A stretch of 64,000 nt of DNA from a virus, in the IMG/VR virus record IMGVR_UViG_3300021178_000012, positions 15,027 through 79,026 of that record; one strand, given 5' to 3'. The notes below the pieces were generated by a model. That model searched no databases. It had not been told where the DNA came from and worked only from the letters and a program-made list of their open reading frames with translations. The stretch's first letter is position 1; each line of letters opens with the position of its first letter. Below are positions 48,144-57,656 of this stretch, piece by piece. Position numbers and translations under genes: made by a program.

Positions 48144-48916
48144 AGTTTTTCCTCGGCACGCATCAGCCGCATTGGCTTCACGACGAACGGTTCGTGGGTG
48201 TGCCGTTATTCATCTCCCGTCGTCGTCTTGCGACGTACAAGACTCTCCCAGTTGCGGAGACAAGATTTGCTCTCGACTCTGGAGGCTTCACTGAGCTTCA
48301 AATGTACGGGCGTTGGACATTGTCCGCGAGCCAGTACGCGGAGGAGGTTGGACGGTTCGTTCGGTTTTATGGAAGAAAACTGTGCTGGGTAGCCCCGCAA
48401 GATTGGATGTGCGAACCGCTCGTCATCTCGGGAGGCAATGCATCACGAGGCATCGTCTTCAAGGGTACGCGACTCAACGTGGAGGAGCACCAGCGTCGAA
48501 CCGTTCGCAACTTCATCGAGTTACGTCGGCTTCTTGGAGGACGTGTGATCCCAGTCCTTCAAGGATGGAAGCTCGCTGACTATTGGAGATGCCAGGAGAT
48601 CTACAAGCAGGCCGGCGTCGATCTCGAGGACTGTGAGACGGTTGGCGTAGGCTCGGTTTGCAGACGTCAGTCGACCAATGATGCGACGCAGATCATGTCG
48701 ACGCTCGCGGTGGATGGGCTTCGCTTGCATGGTTTTGGATTCAAGAAGGGAGGCCTCAAGAACTGCCACAGTTTCATGGTGAGCGCCGACTCGACCGCTT
48801 GGAGCGACACAGCCAAGGGCGGCGGCGTTCACGTGCTCGCGACCGACAAATGGCGAGAGTGGCACGAGCTGATCGGGAATCGGACATGGGAAGAGTTGAG
48901 GAGGGCGGGGTTATGA
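48140..48916 (+). CDS. tRNA-guanine transglycosylase-like (DpdA-like) base-exchange enzyme
   Basis: FALDSGGFTEL, APQDWMCEP, IPVLQGW, VGVGSVCRRQ, LHGFGFK, SADSTAWS. Confidence 0.75.
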   Translation: MKFFLGTHQPHWLHDERFVGVPLFISRRRLATYKTLPVAETRFALDSGGFTELQMYGRWTLSASQYAEEVGRFVRFYGRKLCWVAPQDWMCEPLVISGGNASRGIVFKGTRLNVEEHQRRTVRNFIELRRLLGGRVIPVLQGWKLADYWRCQEIYKQAGVDLEDCETVGVGSVCRRQSTNDATQIMSTLAVDGLRLHGFGFKKGGLKNCHSFMVSADSTAWSDTAKGGGVHVLATDKWREWHELIGNRTWEELRRAGL

Positions 48917-49206
48917 CCGCCTACGTCGACAAGCTTCTCGTCCACCCGACGAGTATCCGCTGCTTCAAGGCCGGCTCGTGTCACCTCGAAGCCGACACGC
49001 TCGAGGAGCTGCACGCGTTCGCTGCGCGGCTCGGGCTCCGACGCGCGTGGTTCCAGGAGCACAACATGGGCGACCACTACGACCTGACGCCGTCGAAGCG
49101 CGAGCTCGCCGTGAAGCTCGGTGCGGTCGAACAGAACCGGCAGGAGGCCTCGGCGCGGCGTCGGAAGAACCCGAGGCATCCGTTTCATCGGGCGGAGGAA
49201 CAGTGA
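48913..49206 (+). CDS. DUF4031 family protein
   Basis: AYVD..SCHLEADTLEELHAFAARLGLRRAWFQ..HYDLTPSKR.LA..LGAVE. Confidence 0.8.
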   Translation: MTAYVDKLLVHPTSIRCFKAGSCHLEADTLEELHAFAARLGLRRAWFQEHNMGDHYDLTPSKRELAVKLGAVEQNRQEASARRRKNPRHPFHRAEEQ

Positions 49207-49883
49207 AGCCGTTGCGCCCATTCTTCTCGTTCTTCGGCGGGAAATGGACCCTCGCGCCAAGGTACCCTGCCCCGGCGCATCGGACGCTCATCGAACCTTT
49301 CGCGGGCTCCGCTGGGTATGCGACCCGTTACGCGCACCACGACGTCGTCCTCGTCGAACGTGAGCCGATCGTCGCGGCTCTCTGGCGCTGGCTCATTTCC
49401 GTTAGCGTCGACGAAGTGATGAGGCTTCCGCTCGATCCGGAAAAGCGCTTCAACCTCGCGCCGGAGCCTCGATCGCTGATCGGTTTCTGGTGTGGACGCG
49501 GACGAACACAGCCCGCGAACACGACGACGAGCGCATGGCTGCTCTCGGGGAAGTGGCCGTCGTCGTTCTGGGGCTCGTACGCGCGTCAACGCATTGCAGA
49601 CCAGGTACCGCGCATCCGGCACTGGAGACTTATCGAGGGTGACTATAGCGATGCACCCGACGTCGAGGCGACATGGTTCGTCGACCCCCCATATATCGGA
49701 AGTCGACACTACCGAGCTTCCGTGGGCGATTACGATCGTCTCGCTCAGTGGTCGCAGAGCCGCCGCGGACAGGTGATCGTTTGCGAACAGAAAGGCGCGA
49801 CGTGGCTCCCGTTCGTTCACTTCCGAGACGCGAAGAGCATCAACCGTGGGATCAATACCGAAGTTGTGTGGAGTCGGTCGTGA
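49203..49883 (+). CDS. DNA adenine methyltransferase (D12 class)
   Basis: FFGGK..LIEPFAGSA (motif I) and WFVDPPY (motif IV). Confidence 0.85.
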   Translation: MKPLRPFFSFFGGKWTLAPRYPAPAHRTLIEPFAGSAGYATRYAHHDVVLVEREPIVAALWRWLISVSVDEVMRLPLDPEKRFNLAPEPRSLIGFWCGRGRTQPANTTTSAWLLSGKWPSSFWGSYARQRIADQVPRIRHWRLIEGDYSDAPDVEATWFVDPPYIGSRHYRASVGDYDRLAQWSQSRRGQVIVCEQKGATWLPFVHFRDAKSINRGINTEVVWSRS

Positions 49884-50995
49884 GAACCGACAACCCCTAT
49901 GACATCTGCCGACGCATCAAGCGGCACCACGAGAAGAATGGCTACCCGTTGAAGCGCATCGAACTCCCTTGCGACGATGCGTTCGTCGACAAGCTCGTGA
50001 AGAACGGCGTCATCGAGCTTCACGCGCTGTACGAAGGCGGACCGCAGGTCTGTGTGATGCTCACGGACAAAGGTCTACGGATGGCGAAGGAGGGGCGGTG
50101 AGTCTGCTTACGCTGAATGAGAAGGCCGGCTTGATGTCGGCCTCGATTGTGGCCGTGCCCGACGGCGCAATGGAGTGGCTGCTTCACGAAGTGGGTCACT
50201 GGGTTGCTGCTTCTCCGAACGAACGGAAGCAAATCAATTATGGGCTCTCATCAAGCGAGACCGGTCATGACGGTGATCGCGAGTGGCAGGCCTGGGCATT
50301 TGAAGAGATCGTGATGGCGCCGTTCGGCCCAGCGCGCGACTTCGCCGCTCCTACGCAGCGTGATGGCGCAGGCTTCTCAAAAATTGGCCCTATTCCAATG
50401 TTCGTGATGCGTCATGCCGAGCAGCGAATCACAGACTTGGGCATTGATCTTGAGCCGTGGTGCCAAGTATACGGCGACTGGATTCAATGGGGTAAGTCGC
50501 TCGGACTAGGTCGTGCTCCGTGGGATGTAGACCGATGAGCGACAAGAACGACAAATGGACCGAAGCGATCGACGCCGCTCACCCCCTGAGTAGCGGCTCG
50601 CACGAGCAATGGGCCATCGCAATGGAGATGGTCGGCAACCGGCACAGCAAGGGTGCCCTCGTCGAGCTCGTGAACTGGCTCTTGGTTCGCGACCGAGCTT
50701 GCAGTCTGTGCCGGTTCAATCCTCGTTCCGAGTTGTGCGACTTCTGTAAGAGGTCGATGTGAACCCCTACCGCTTCGCACTCGCGCGCCCTGAGGCCGCA
50801 CGGAGGACTCTGCGCGGGCGGCTCCGTCGCCTTCGACGCCGGCTCGTCGTGTGGTGGTACCGGAAGAAGGCGTATTGCCCTGCGTGCAGGCAGCGAGGGT
50901 GCCGCGCGCACTACAACCTGCGCCTTCGTGAGCAGGTGATTGCGACCGCCGCGCATTCGGTGAGTTGGATGTTCACCAAGGGTAGGGAACGATGA
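49880..50995 (+). other. Hypothetical CDSs: 49880-50101, 50098-50538 (contains HEVGH, HExxH-like), 50535-50762, 50759-50995
   Basis: Continuous tiling. Confidence 0.6.
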
Positions 50996-51864
50996 AATAT
51001 AAATTCCGAGATGTCCGCTTCCGAGCAGACTCGCTTGAACGCATCGAGCAGTGCAACGAGATCATCGCCGACTACCAGGCCCAAGGTCTCCGCCTCACGC
51101 TCAGGCAGCTCTACTACCAGCTCGTCGCGAGGAATGTGATTTCGAACACGGAGAAGAGCTACAAGAACCTGTCGACGCTGGTGAGCGATGCGCGGCTCGC
51201 AGGCAAGATGGATTGGAACGCGATCGAGGACCGTGTCCGTGTCCCGCGGATGACGTCCGAGTGGGGATCCGTAGCTGAGCTCGTGGAGACGGCGCTCGAC
51301 GCCTACCGGCGACCTAGATGGGCAGGGCAGCGTGACTACGTCGAGTTGTGGGTCGAGAAGGACGCGCTCGCCGGTGTGCTTCTCCCCATTGCGCGAAAGC
51401 ACCATATCGTCCTTATGGTGAATCGAGGCTACTCAAGCCAGTCGGCCATGTACGAGAGCGCCTTGCGGTTCGCTGACAGGCGACCGTTCATTGAAAGGCA
51501 CCTGCTCTATCTCGGCGACCACGATCCGTCCGGCGAGGACATGGTGCGAGACATCCGAGATCGGCTTCTGATGTTCGGACAACGCGTCGACGTGAAGAAG
51601 GTCGCGCTCACGATGTCGCAGATTCGCAAGTACAAGCCACCTCCCAACCCGGCCAAGGTGTCGGATCCACGCGCGAAGGCGTACATCGAGGAGCACGGCG
51701 ATGAGTCGTGGGAGGTCGACGCGCTTCCGCCAGAGGTGCTGACGCGCATCATTGAGAAGGAAATCGCGAAGCTCGTCGACGTCGAGAAGATGGCCGAGGT
51801 GATCGAGGAAGAAGAGCGGGACAAGGTCGAGCTTCGGCGCCTCGTCGACGCCGCGGGGCTGTAA
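50992..51864 (+). CDS. Spo11/Topo VI-A-like winged-helix + TOPRIM protein
   Basis: LTLRQLYYQL, VELWVEKDAL, RGYSS, YLGDHDPSGEDM, ALT..QI..Y, WEVDAL. Confidence 0.75.
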   Translation: MKYKFRDVRFRADSLERIEQCNEIIADYQAQGLRLTLRQLYYQLVARNVISNTEKSYKNLSTLVSDARLAGKMDWNAIEDRVRVPRMTSEWGSVAELVETALDAYRRPRWAGQRDYVELWVEKDALAGVLLPIARKHHIVLMVNRGYSSQSAMYESALRFADRRPFIERHLLYLGDHDPSGEDMVRDIRDRLLMFGQRVDVKKVALTMSQIRKYKPPPNPAKVSDPRAKAYIEEHGDESWEVDALPPEVLTRIIEKEIAKLVDVEKMAEVIEEEERDKVELRRLVDAAGL

Positions 51865-52123
51865 AACAAGGCGAAAGGCAAAATTCCTCAATGATTTCGC
51901 ACACTTACAGTACTTTATCGACCACCAAACATACGGTACGGTAATGCTTGTCATCGTCGAAGGACGTGTTAGGTTGGGTGGGTCCTCGCAGCGAGACGGT
52001 TCAGCCCAAGGCCGTGGAACCCCGCCCTTCGAAAGGCGTCCAGCAACCTGGCACGGAGTGAAACGGTTGGACTGTCTCGCTGCGAGGACTGTCGTCGCTG
52101 AAGAAGCGGTTCGGGAGGACATC

Positions 52124-52342
52124 ATGAAGATTTGGCGACTGGGGCGCTTGCCTGGGTGCGAGGGCGACTGGGATTCGTACGAAGGCTTCGTCATCCGGGC
52201 GGCCTCAGGCAAGGCAGCAAGGGCGCTTGCGGTGACGAGGTCGCGTGAGTCGGAGTGGGCCGATCGGACGAAGACGTCGTGCGAGGTGATCAGGTCCGAT
52301 GGCGCCGCGGACGTTTTGTTCGAGGACTTCAGGGCGGGATGA
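52124..52342 (+). CDS. Hypothetical protein
   Basis: GGAGG RBS before ATG 52124. Confidence 0.6.
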   Translation: MKIWRLGRLPGCEGDWDSYEGFVIRAASGKAARALAVTRSRESEWADRTKTSCEVIRSDGAADVLFEDFRAG

Positions 52343-52917
52343 GCATGCACCAGAGCATCGTGAAGGAGCTCGGCTCCGTAGGGTTCCCTGTGTTCATAGG
52401 CGAGCGCGTCTACATGCGGCGGTTCACCAAGAACGACGGCTTGCCGCTGGACCTAGCGCGGTGGCAACCCACGGTGGATGCGATGCTGCGCGACGTAGAT
52501 GCGACCGGTCCTGTCTTCATCATGATCGATCAGGCCGAAGTGCGCGCAGGCGCTTCGCATCGTCGCCCTGGCGTTCACGTCGACGGCTATTGGCTCGAGG
52601 AACTCGGGCGACACGGAGGTGGTCACCACGGCAAGGCAAGCGGCGACGGTTGGGACGTCTTCGATCCATCCGACGACGAAGCGATCGTGCTTGCGAGCGA
52701 CGTTCAAGGCTGCGTTGCCTACGTCGGCCCGTGGTCGGGCGAGGTAGGTCACGGCGGCGCGTGTGACGATGTTGATTTTCGCGGGACAGAGCGCGTCCTC
52801 ATGAATCCGCGAACGGTGTACGCCGGCAACGTGGCCATGCTGCACGAGTCGTTGCCCGTGCGAGAAACAACGCGACGCACGCTCGTGCGGCTCAACGTTC
52901 CTGGGTGGTCGCCGTGA
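52339..52917 (+). CDS. Putative 2OG-Fe(II) dioxygenase-like protein
   Basis: HRRPGVHVDG (HxD), LHESLP (distal His), RTLVRL. Confidence 0.55.
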   Translation: MSMHQSIVKELGSVGFPVFIGERVYMRRFTKNDGLPLDLARWQPTVDAMLRDVDATGPVFIMIDQAEVRAGASHRRPGVHVDGYWLEELGRHGGGHHGKASGDGWDVFDPSDDEAIVLASDVQGCVAYVGPWSGEVGHGGACDDVDFRGTERVLMNPRTVYAGNVAMLHESLPVRETTRRTLVRLNVPGWSP

Positions 52918-53269
52918 CCGCGATCCTTCCGCCGTCTCCGGACGATGACGAGGACCGACGCGAGGCCCTCGGGTGCACGTATCTCGTCGGCGTCGTTCTC
53001 GCCGCGCTGGTGCTTTTGGTGCTGCTCGCCGAGATGGCGGTGCGGCGATGAGGATGGGCACGATCTATGTTCGCCCGGACAGGGTTGGAGGTCAGCTGAC
53101 CGGGAGGTTTCGCATCGATCTGGAGTCGCATCTTGGCGACGGCGAAACAGTCGCGCTGCGTCTCCACGAGAAGGAGGAATACGTCCTTCGCCGAGCGAGG
53201 CTCATTCAGGAAGCGCTCAACGATGGGCTGCCTGCCGGTTTCTCTTACGTCTTGGACGGCGAGTCGTGA
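52914..53269 (+). other. Two small CDSs: 52914-53051 (TM segment), 53048-53269
   Basis: Coupled overlaps. Confidence 0.55.
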
Positions 53270-54405
53270 CCAAGCTCGTCCAAGTCCCGAAGGAGACGCT
53301 GCGCGCGAAGCGCAGTCTCCGAGAGATGGCAGAAGCCGTGGGAGAACTGCCGACGTCTCTTCTCGCGGGGTCATTCGAAGCCCCCGCCCCGCTCGTACGC
53401 GTTCAAACCCCGACATCCAACATCCAGGTCTCGAAGTCAGGCGCCTCGATCTACCTCGACTCACTCACCGAGGGCGCGTCCCGGGAATCGGGGCGCTCCG
53501 CTCTCAGGCGAATCGTCGTTGCCCTTGCCGAAATAGGGGTGGAAAAGGAGGTCATCGAGCAGAACCGTAGCCGATTGAACGAACTCATTTTCAAGATCCC
53601 ATGGCACACGCTCGATCGAGCCCTCGTCGCAAAGATCCGCGCGCATCTCCAGGAGACTTGCGCCCCTGCGTCTGCGAACCACTACCTTTCCTGTTTGCGC
53701 GGCGCACTGAAGGCGTGCGCGGACGCCGGGCAGATGACCTACGAGGCGATGCACCGTGCGCTCTCCGGAGCGAAGCGCGTGAAGGGCTCAAGGACGAAGG
53801 CCGGTCGAGCACTCGATCCTGAGGAGGTGCAGAAGCTCTTCGCGCAGTGCGAGAACTCGGCGATCGGCAAGCGCGACGCTGCGATGCTCACGCTCCTCTG
53901 CGCCTGCGGCATGCGTGTCTCTGAAGTTGCAACGGTGAAGTTCAAGGCCTTGAAGGACGACGGCTGGTTCTCCTTCGTGGGCAAGGCCAACAAGGAACGC
54001 GAGATGTGGCTCTCGGGACCGCCGTTCGAGCACATGAAGGCATGGGTCAAGGTCCGTGGCACTGATCCCGGCTTGGTCATCCTCGCGTGCGACGGGAAGA
54101 ACGAGCGCGGCCTCACGCGCATAGGCATCTACTTCCGCGTCGTCGAACTCGCGAAGCGCGCAGGCATCGAGCACATCTCGCCGCACGACCTTCGAAGGAC
54201 TTTTTTCACTGACATCCTCGACAGGGAACGTGAACACGGAGGCGTCGATCCGTTCGTCGTCGCCGAGCTCGGCGGTCACGACGACGTAAAGACGACCATG
54301 CTCTACAACCGGATCAAGCAGGTGAAGAAGAAAGAGGCGATGGTGAAGTTCCACGCGTCGATCGGTAAGGTGATGAAGACGGGGAAGGCGGCGAAGAAGC
54401 GATGA
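53266..54405 (+). CDS. Tyrosine recombinase/integrase
   Basis: RDAAMLTLL..GMRVSE, GKANKER, ISPHDLRRTF, LGGHDDVKTTMLY: full R-K-H-R-H-Y set. Confidence 0.92.
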   Translation: MTKLVQVPKETLRAKRSLREMAEAVGELPTSLLAGSFEAPAPLVRVQTPTSNIQVSKSGASIYLDSLTEGASRESGRSALRRIVVALAEIGVEKEVIEQNRSRLNELIFKIPWHTLDRALVAKIRAHLQETCAPASANHYLSCLRGALKACADAGQMTYEAMHRALSGAKRVKGSRTKAGRALDPEEVQKLFAQCENSAIGKRDAAMLTLLCACGMRVSEVATVKFKALKDDGWFSFVGKANKEREMWLSGPPFEHMKAWVKVRGTDPGLVILACDGKNERGLTRIGIYFRVVELAKRAGIEHISPHDLRRTFFTDILDREREHGGVDPFVVAELGGHDDVKTTMLYNRIKQVKKKEAMVKFHASIGKVMKTGKAAKKR

Positions 54406-54833
54406 GCGACGACTACTTTGCCATTTACGTGGAGCCGCCGAACATTCCGCACATCCCGGTCGTGTACGTTCTCCGAGACGAGAAATGGATCAAGATCGGT
54501 AAGACAGCCAGTTGGCTTCCCAGGTGGGGCATGTATGTCGCCCACAATCCGAGCATCCGATTCATTGCTGCATGGCAGGAAAGATTCGGCGATGAGTGCC
54601 GAACCTTGTTCGAAGCCGGGCGCATCGTGGACAACGTCGGCAAGGCTAGAGGCTCTCGCGATCTCGAGTGGTTTCCGGCAGTCCCAGCTCTTGTTGAATG
54701 GGCGCAGGCAAAGGCTGACTTGCACGGCAACTGGTGGGACGCCTGGAATCAAGCGAAGCAGAGAGAGGCTCACGAGAACTTCCTCAAAGACGTCTTCAAG
54801 AACATGACGGTGGGCGAGGAAACGAAGAAGTAA
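54402..54833 (+). CDS. GIY-YIG-like protein
   Basis: VVYVLRDEKWIKIGKT..R, LEWF. Confidence 0.55.
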   Translation: MSDDYFAIYVEPPNIPHIPVVYVLRDEKWIKIGKTASWLPRWGMYVAHNPSIRFIAAWQERFGDECRTLFEAGRIVDNVGKARGSRDLEWFPAVPALVEWAQAKADLHGNWWDAWNQAKQREAHENFLKDVFKNMTVGEETKK

Positions 54834-54877
54834 CGTATACATATCCCCTTGACCTAGCCTAGTCGAGGACGTATACC
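54834..54877 (+). promoter_or_regulatory. Sigma70-type promoter flanked by CGTATAC sites
   Basis: TTGACC (54849-54854)-N17-TATACC (54872-54877); CGTATAC at 54834 and 54870. Confidence 0.7.
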
Positions 54878-54883
54878 TTTGCC

Positions 54884-55045
54884 GTGACCAAGAAAACCAA
54901 GGCGGTCCATGCGACCAAGGTCGTTACCTTCCGCACGTCGGAACGTGAGTACAGAGAGTACGAAGCAGCGGCGAAGAAGGGGAAGGTGACCGTGAGCGCG
55001 TGGGTGAGGTCGCGCCTAGCGCGCGGTCGTAAGGCGGATCGATGA
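54884..55045 (+). CDS. Ribbon-helix-helix/Arc-like protein, probably leaderless
   Basis: KVVTFRTSEREYREYEAAAKKGKVTVSAWVRSRL; GTG lies 7 nt after the -10; no RBS. Confidence 0.65.
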   Translation: MTKKTKAVHATKVVTFRTSEREYREYEAAAKKGKVTVSAWVRSRLARGRKADR

Positions 55046-55451
55046 ACCAAGCCATGCTGTTGGCGTTGGGCGGAGCAGTCGGCTTGACCATATTGGTGCT
55101 CAACAGGTTTCTGTCGAAGCGCGAGACGGCCGAGGACGTTGTTCACCGCGTCGTCGTTGGCGCGATCGAGCATGCGGTCGCCGAGGCGAGTTCGCGCTGG
55201 GCGGACTGGGAGTTCGCGCGATGAGCGAATCAAGATTCTTCAAGTGCGACACGTGCCCAGCTCAAGTGGTGGGCAAGGACGCCGACAACTGGCTGTACGT
55301 GACCGTGAGTCAACTTGGCGTCGACTACGGAGAAGACAACGTGGGTCTGTTCGGCGAGGCGAAGCTGCACCTCTGCGTGGCTTGCAGCGAGAAGCCCATC
55401 GCTCCGAAGAAGTTGCGAGATGACTTCTTCGCGAAGGGACGTGGGCGATGA
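55042..55451 (+). other. Two small CDSs: 55042-55224, 55221-55451
   Basis: Coupled overlaps. Confidence 0.55.
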
Positions 55452-56029
55452 GCATGACCGGAGAAGGCGTGCCTGGCGACTGCGCGGGTGAAGGATGGAT
55501 CGCGACGTCGTGCGGCGGCTCGCCGGAGCGCTGCCCGGGGTGCAAGTCGTGTGTGGAGAACGGGGAGATGCTCGCCGCCGCGCCCTCTTCGCCTCTTCGA
55601 GGTGACTTGGAAGTGGCCGGCCTTGTGGGCTCAGCAATGGCACAGGCGGCCAAAGCGCTCGACATCGCGATCCGTCTTGGGCGCGCGGAGAAGGAGATCG
55701 AGCAGCTCAAGGAGGCGAACGCGTGGCTGTTGAAACAGTTGAACGCGAAGGAGCCGTGGGTCTCGGTGAATCGAGACTCGGCCAAAGAGCAGGCGGCGCT
55801 CGCGCGTCCTGCACTTGAACTAGACTGGTCGGTCCACGCCCATGATGTCATCCAGCGGATGTTCCATCCCGGCAATGTTCCATACCATCCAACCGTCGCC
55901 GACCTCGTCTCCATTCCGCCGGTCGAATGGCTGAAGGTCCCGCGCTGCGGGATGCTCGTCCTTCGCGAGATGGACAAGATGTTCAAGGAACTCGGCGTCG
56001 AGTGGCCAGGGGAGTGGCCGAGGCGATGA
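55448..56029 (+). CDS. Protein with C-terminal RNA polymerase alpha-CTD-like domain (copy 1)
   Basis: LELDWSVHA..TVADLV..EWLKVPRCGMLVLREMDKMFKELGV aligns by eye to alpha-CTD [37 protein letters not shown]. Confidence 0.7.
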   Translation: MSMTGEGVPGDCAGEGWIATSCGGSPERCPGCKSCVENGEMLAAAPSSPLRGDLEVAGLVGSAMAQAAKALDIAIRLGRAEKEIEQLKEANAWLLKQLNAKEPWVSVNRDSAKEQAALARPALELDWSVHAHDVIQRMFHPGNVPYHPTVADLVSIPPVEWLKVPRCGMLVLREMDKMFKELGVEWPGEWPRR

Positions 56030-56271
56030 GACTTCTCAAGGACCTCGTAGAGTATTACGAGAACGTCAAAGCCGGCGCTGATCCCATCGAAGCGTTGCAC
56101 GGGCATCTTTGCGGGCCGAAGTGCCTGCACTGGTCGTCCATGACCAGGGAGCGCCGCGCGACGCTTCTGAAGGCGCCCTGGAACAGGGACGAGGATCCTT
56201 CGACGATCGATGACGAGACGCTCGAAGAGATGTTCCGACGGATGGATCGGCGTGATGGAGGTGAACGATGA
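56026..56271 (+). CDS. Hypothetical protein
   Basis: Coupled ORF; absent from the second repeat unit. Confidence 0.55.
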   Translation: MRLLKDLVEYYENVKAGADPIEALHGHLCGPKCLHWSSMTRERRATLLKAPWNRDEDPSTIDDETLEEMFRRMDRRDGGER

Positions 56272-56938
56272 CCGACGAAGAACGAGAAGCGAAGTTCATC
56301 GCTGCGTGGAATCTCGTTGGACCGCGTGAGCGACGTCGGTTCGTCGAGCGCCTTCTCTGGCGGCGGAAGATGCCCTACGCGATGCAAACGAAGTGGCGCG
56401 GGCTCCTCCGTCTGCTCAAGAAGAGCGAACGTGTCGAGCGCGAGGATGTGCGCGAGGCTCACCGGCATCGACTCGAGCGACACGAGCTGAAGAAGATCGT
56501 GCGCGAGCTCGGCGCCCTACGTGAGCGAGCGCAGAGCGCCTCCGTGGACCATACGTCTGGCATGGGTGAGATCGTCGACGCGATAGGTCAGTTCGTGTTG
56601 GCATTTGCGGGAGCAGCGTCATGAGCAAGTGCCACTTCTGCGACCAAGAGGCCAGCTCGAACAAGGAGCAGGTCGGCACCTGCGACGCGTGCTGGGAGAA
56701 GTACAGGCCGCGCCCGGGAACGCCGCCGAAGAACTGGAAGAAGGGCTGCCAGGCCTCCGCGAGCAAGACCTTCGGCGACTGGTCGATGGATCGGTGCGGC
56801 AAGGAGCCCACGCGACCGACGACGTTCGGTCCGATGTGCGACGAGTGCTGGGCGCACCTCCGCGAGACGACGCGCAAGGGCGAGAACCTCCTCGGGATGA
56901 TGCAGGGCTACCCGAAGAAAGCGAAGGATGAGTCGTGA
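56268..56938 (+). repeat. 671-bp two-gene unit, copy 1 (CDS 56268-56624 and Cys-rich CDS 56621-56938)
   Basis: Colinear with 57653-58323, no indels, scattered substitutions. Confidence 0.92.
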
Positions 56939-57156
56939 CCCCCGATCAAATAGCCATGCTCCAACCGGACGTTCTGACGGTCGGCGAGCTGATCGACGCC
57001 CTCGCGAAGTACCCGCGAAGTTCCCATGTCGTGGCGAGCTGGGAAGGCATCTACCGTCGCATCGGGGTGGTCGAGTCGGAGAACGGAGTCGTCGACATCG
57101 ACGCTGACGCGGGGTGTCCGTTCGAGGCAGCGGACGAAGACGGAGAAGACGAATGA
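56935..57156 (+). CDS. Small acidic hypothetical protein
   Basis: LTVGELIDALAKYP pattern; coupled. Confidence 0.55.
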   Translation: MTPDQIAMLQPDVLTVGELIDALAKYPRSSHVVASWEGIYRRIGVVESENGVVDIDADAGCPFEAADEDGEDE

Positions 57157-57656
57157 ACGGACCTAAGCAACCATACGTGGGCGTGGCGATGTACGGCGTC
57201 GCACCGACCTACGATCCAGTACCGATCCCCGATGCTCAGCCACTATTGCCGTGGTCGCCTCTGATGCCGCTCCCCACGACGCCGGCCGAAGCGCTCGACA
57301 TCGCCATCCGCCTCGGGCGCGCCGAGAAGGAGATCGAGCAACTGAAGGCGACGAACGCAGCGCTCGTCGAGGAGAACGCGAGGCTCAAGGCGCAGATCGA
57401 ACCGAAGAACGATCCTACGGATCTTGAGCGTCGCGCGCTCAGACTCGAGTGGTCCGTTCGCACGGAGAAGGTGATCCGGGCAAAGTTCGGGATCTCTGTG
57501 GCGGAAGATGATTCACCGACCATCGCCGACCTCGTCGCCATCCCGCCGGCCGAATGGCTGAAGGTCCCGCGTTGCGGGATGCTCGTCCTTCGCGAGATGG
57601 ACAAGATGTTCAAGGAGCTTGGCGTTGAGTGGCCAGGGGAGTGGCCGAGAAAATGA
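57153..57656 (+). CDS. Protein with C-terminal RNA polymerase alpha-CTD-like domain (copy 2)
   Basis: LEWSVRT..TIADLV..EWLKVPRCG..; shares ALDIAIRLGRAEKEIEQLK with copy 1. Confidence 0.72.
   Translation: MNGPKQPYVGVAMYGVAPTYDPVPIPDAQPLLPWSPLMPLPTTPAEALDIAIRLGRAEKEIEQLKATNAALVEENARLKAQIEPKNDPTDLERRALRLEWSVRTEKVIRAKFGISVAEDDSPTIADLVAIPPAEWLKVPRCGMLVLREMDKMFKELGVEWPGEWPRK

Noticed and set aside
51865-51945. XerCD dif site
   Set aside because: No match to the 11-6-11 dif consensus.
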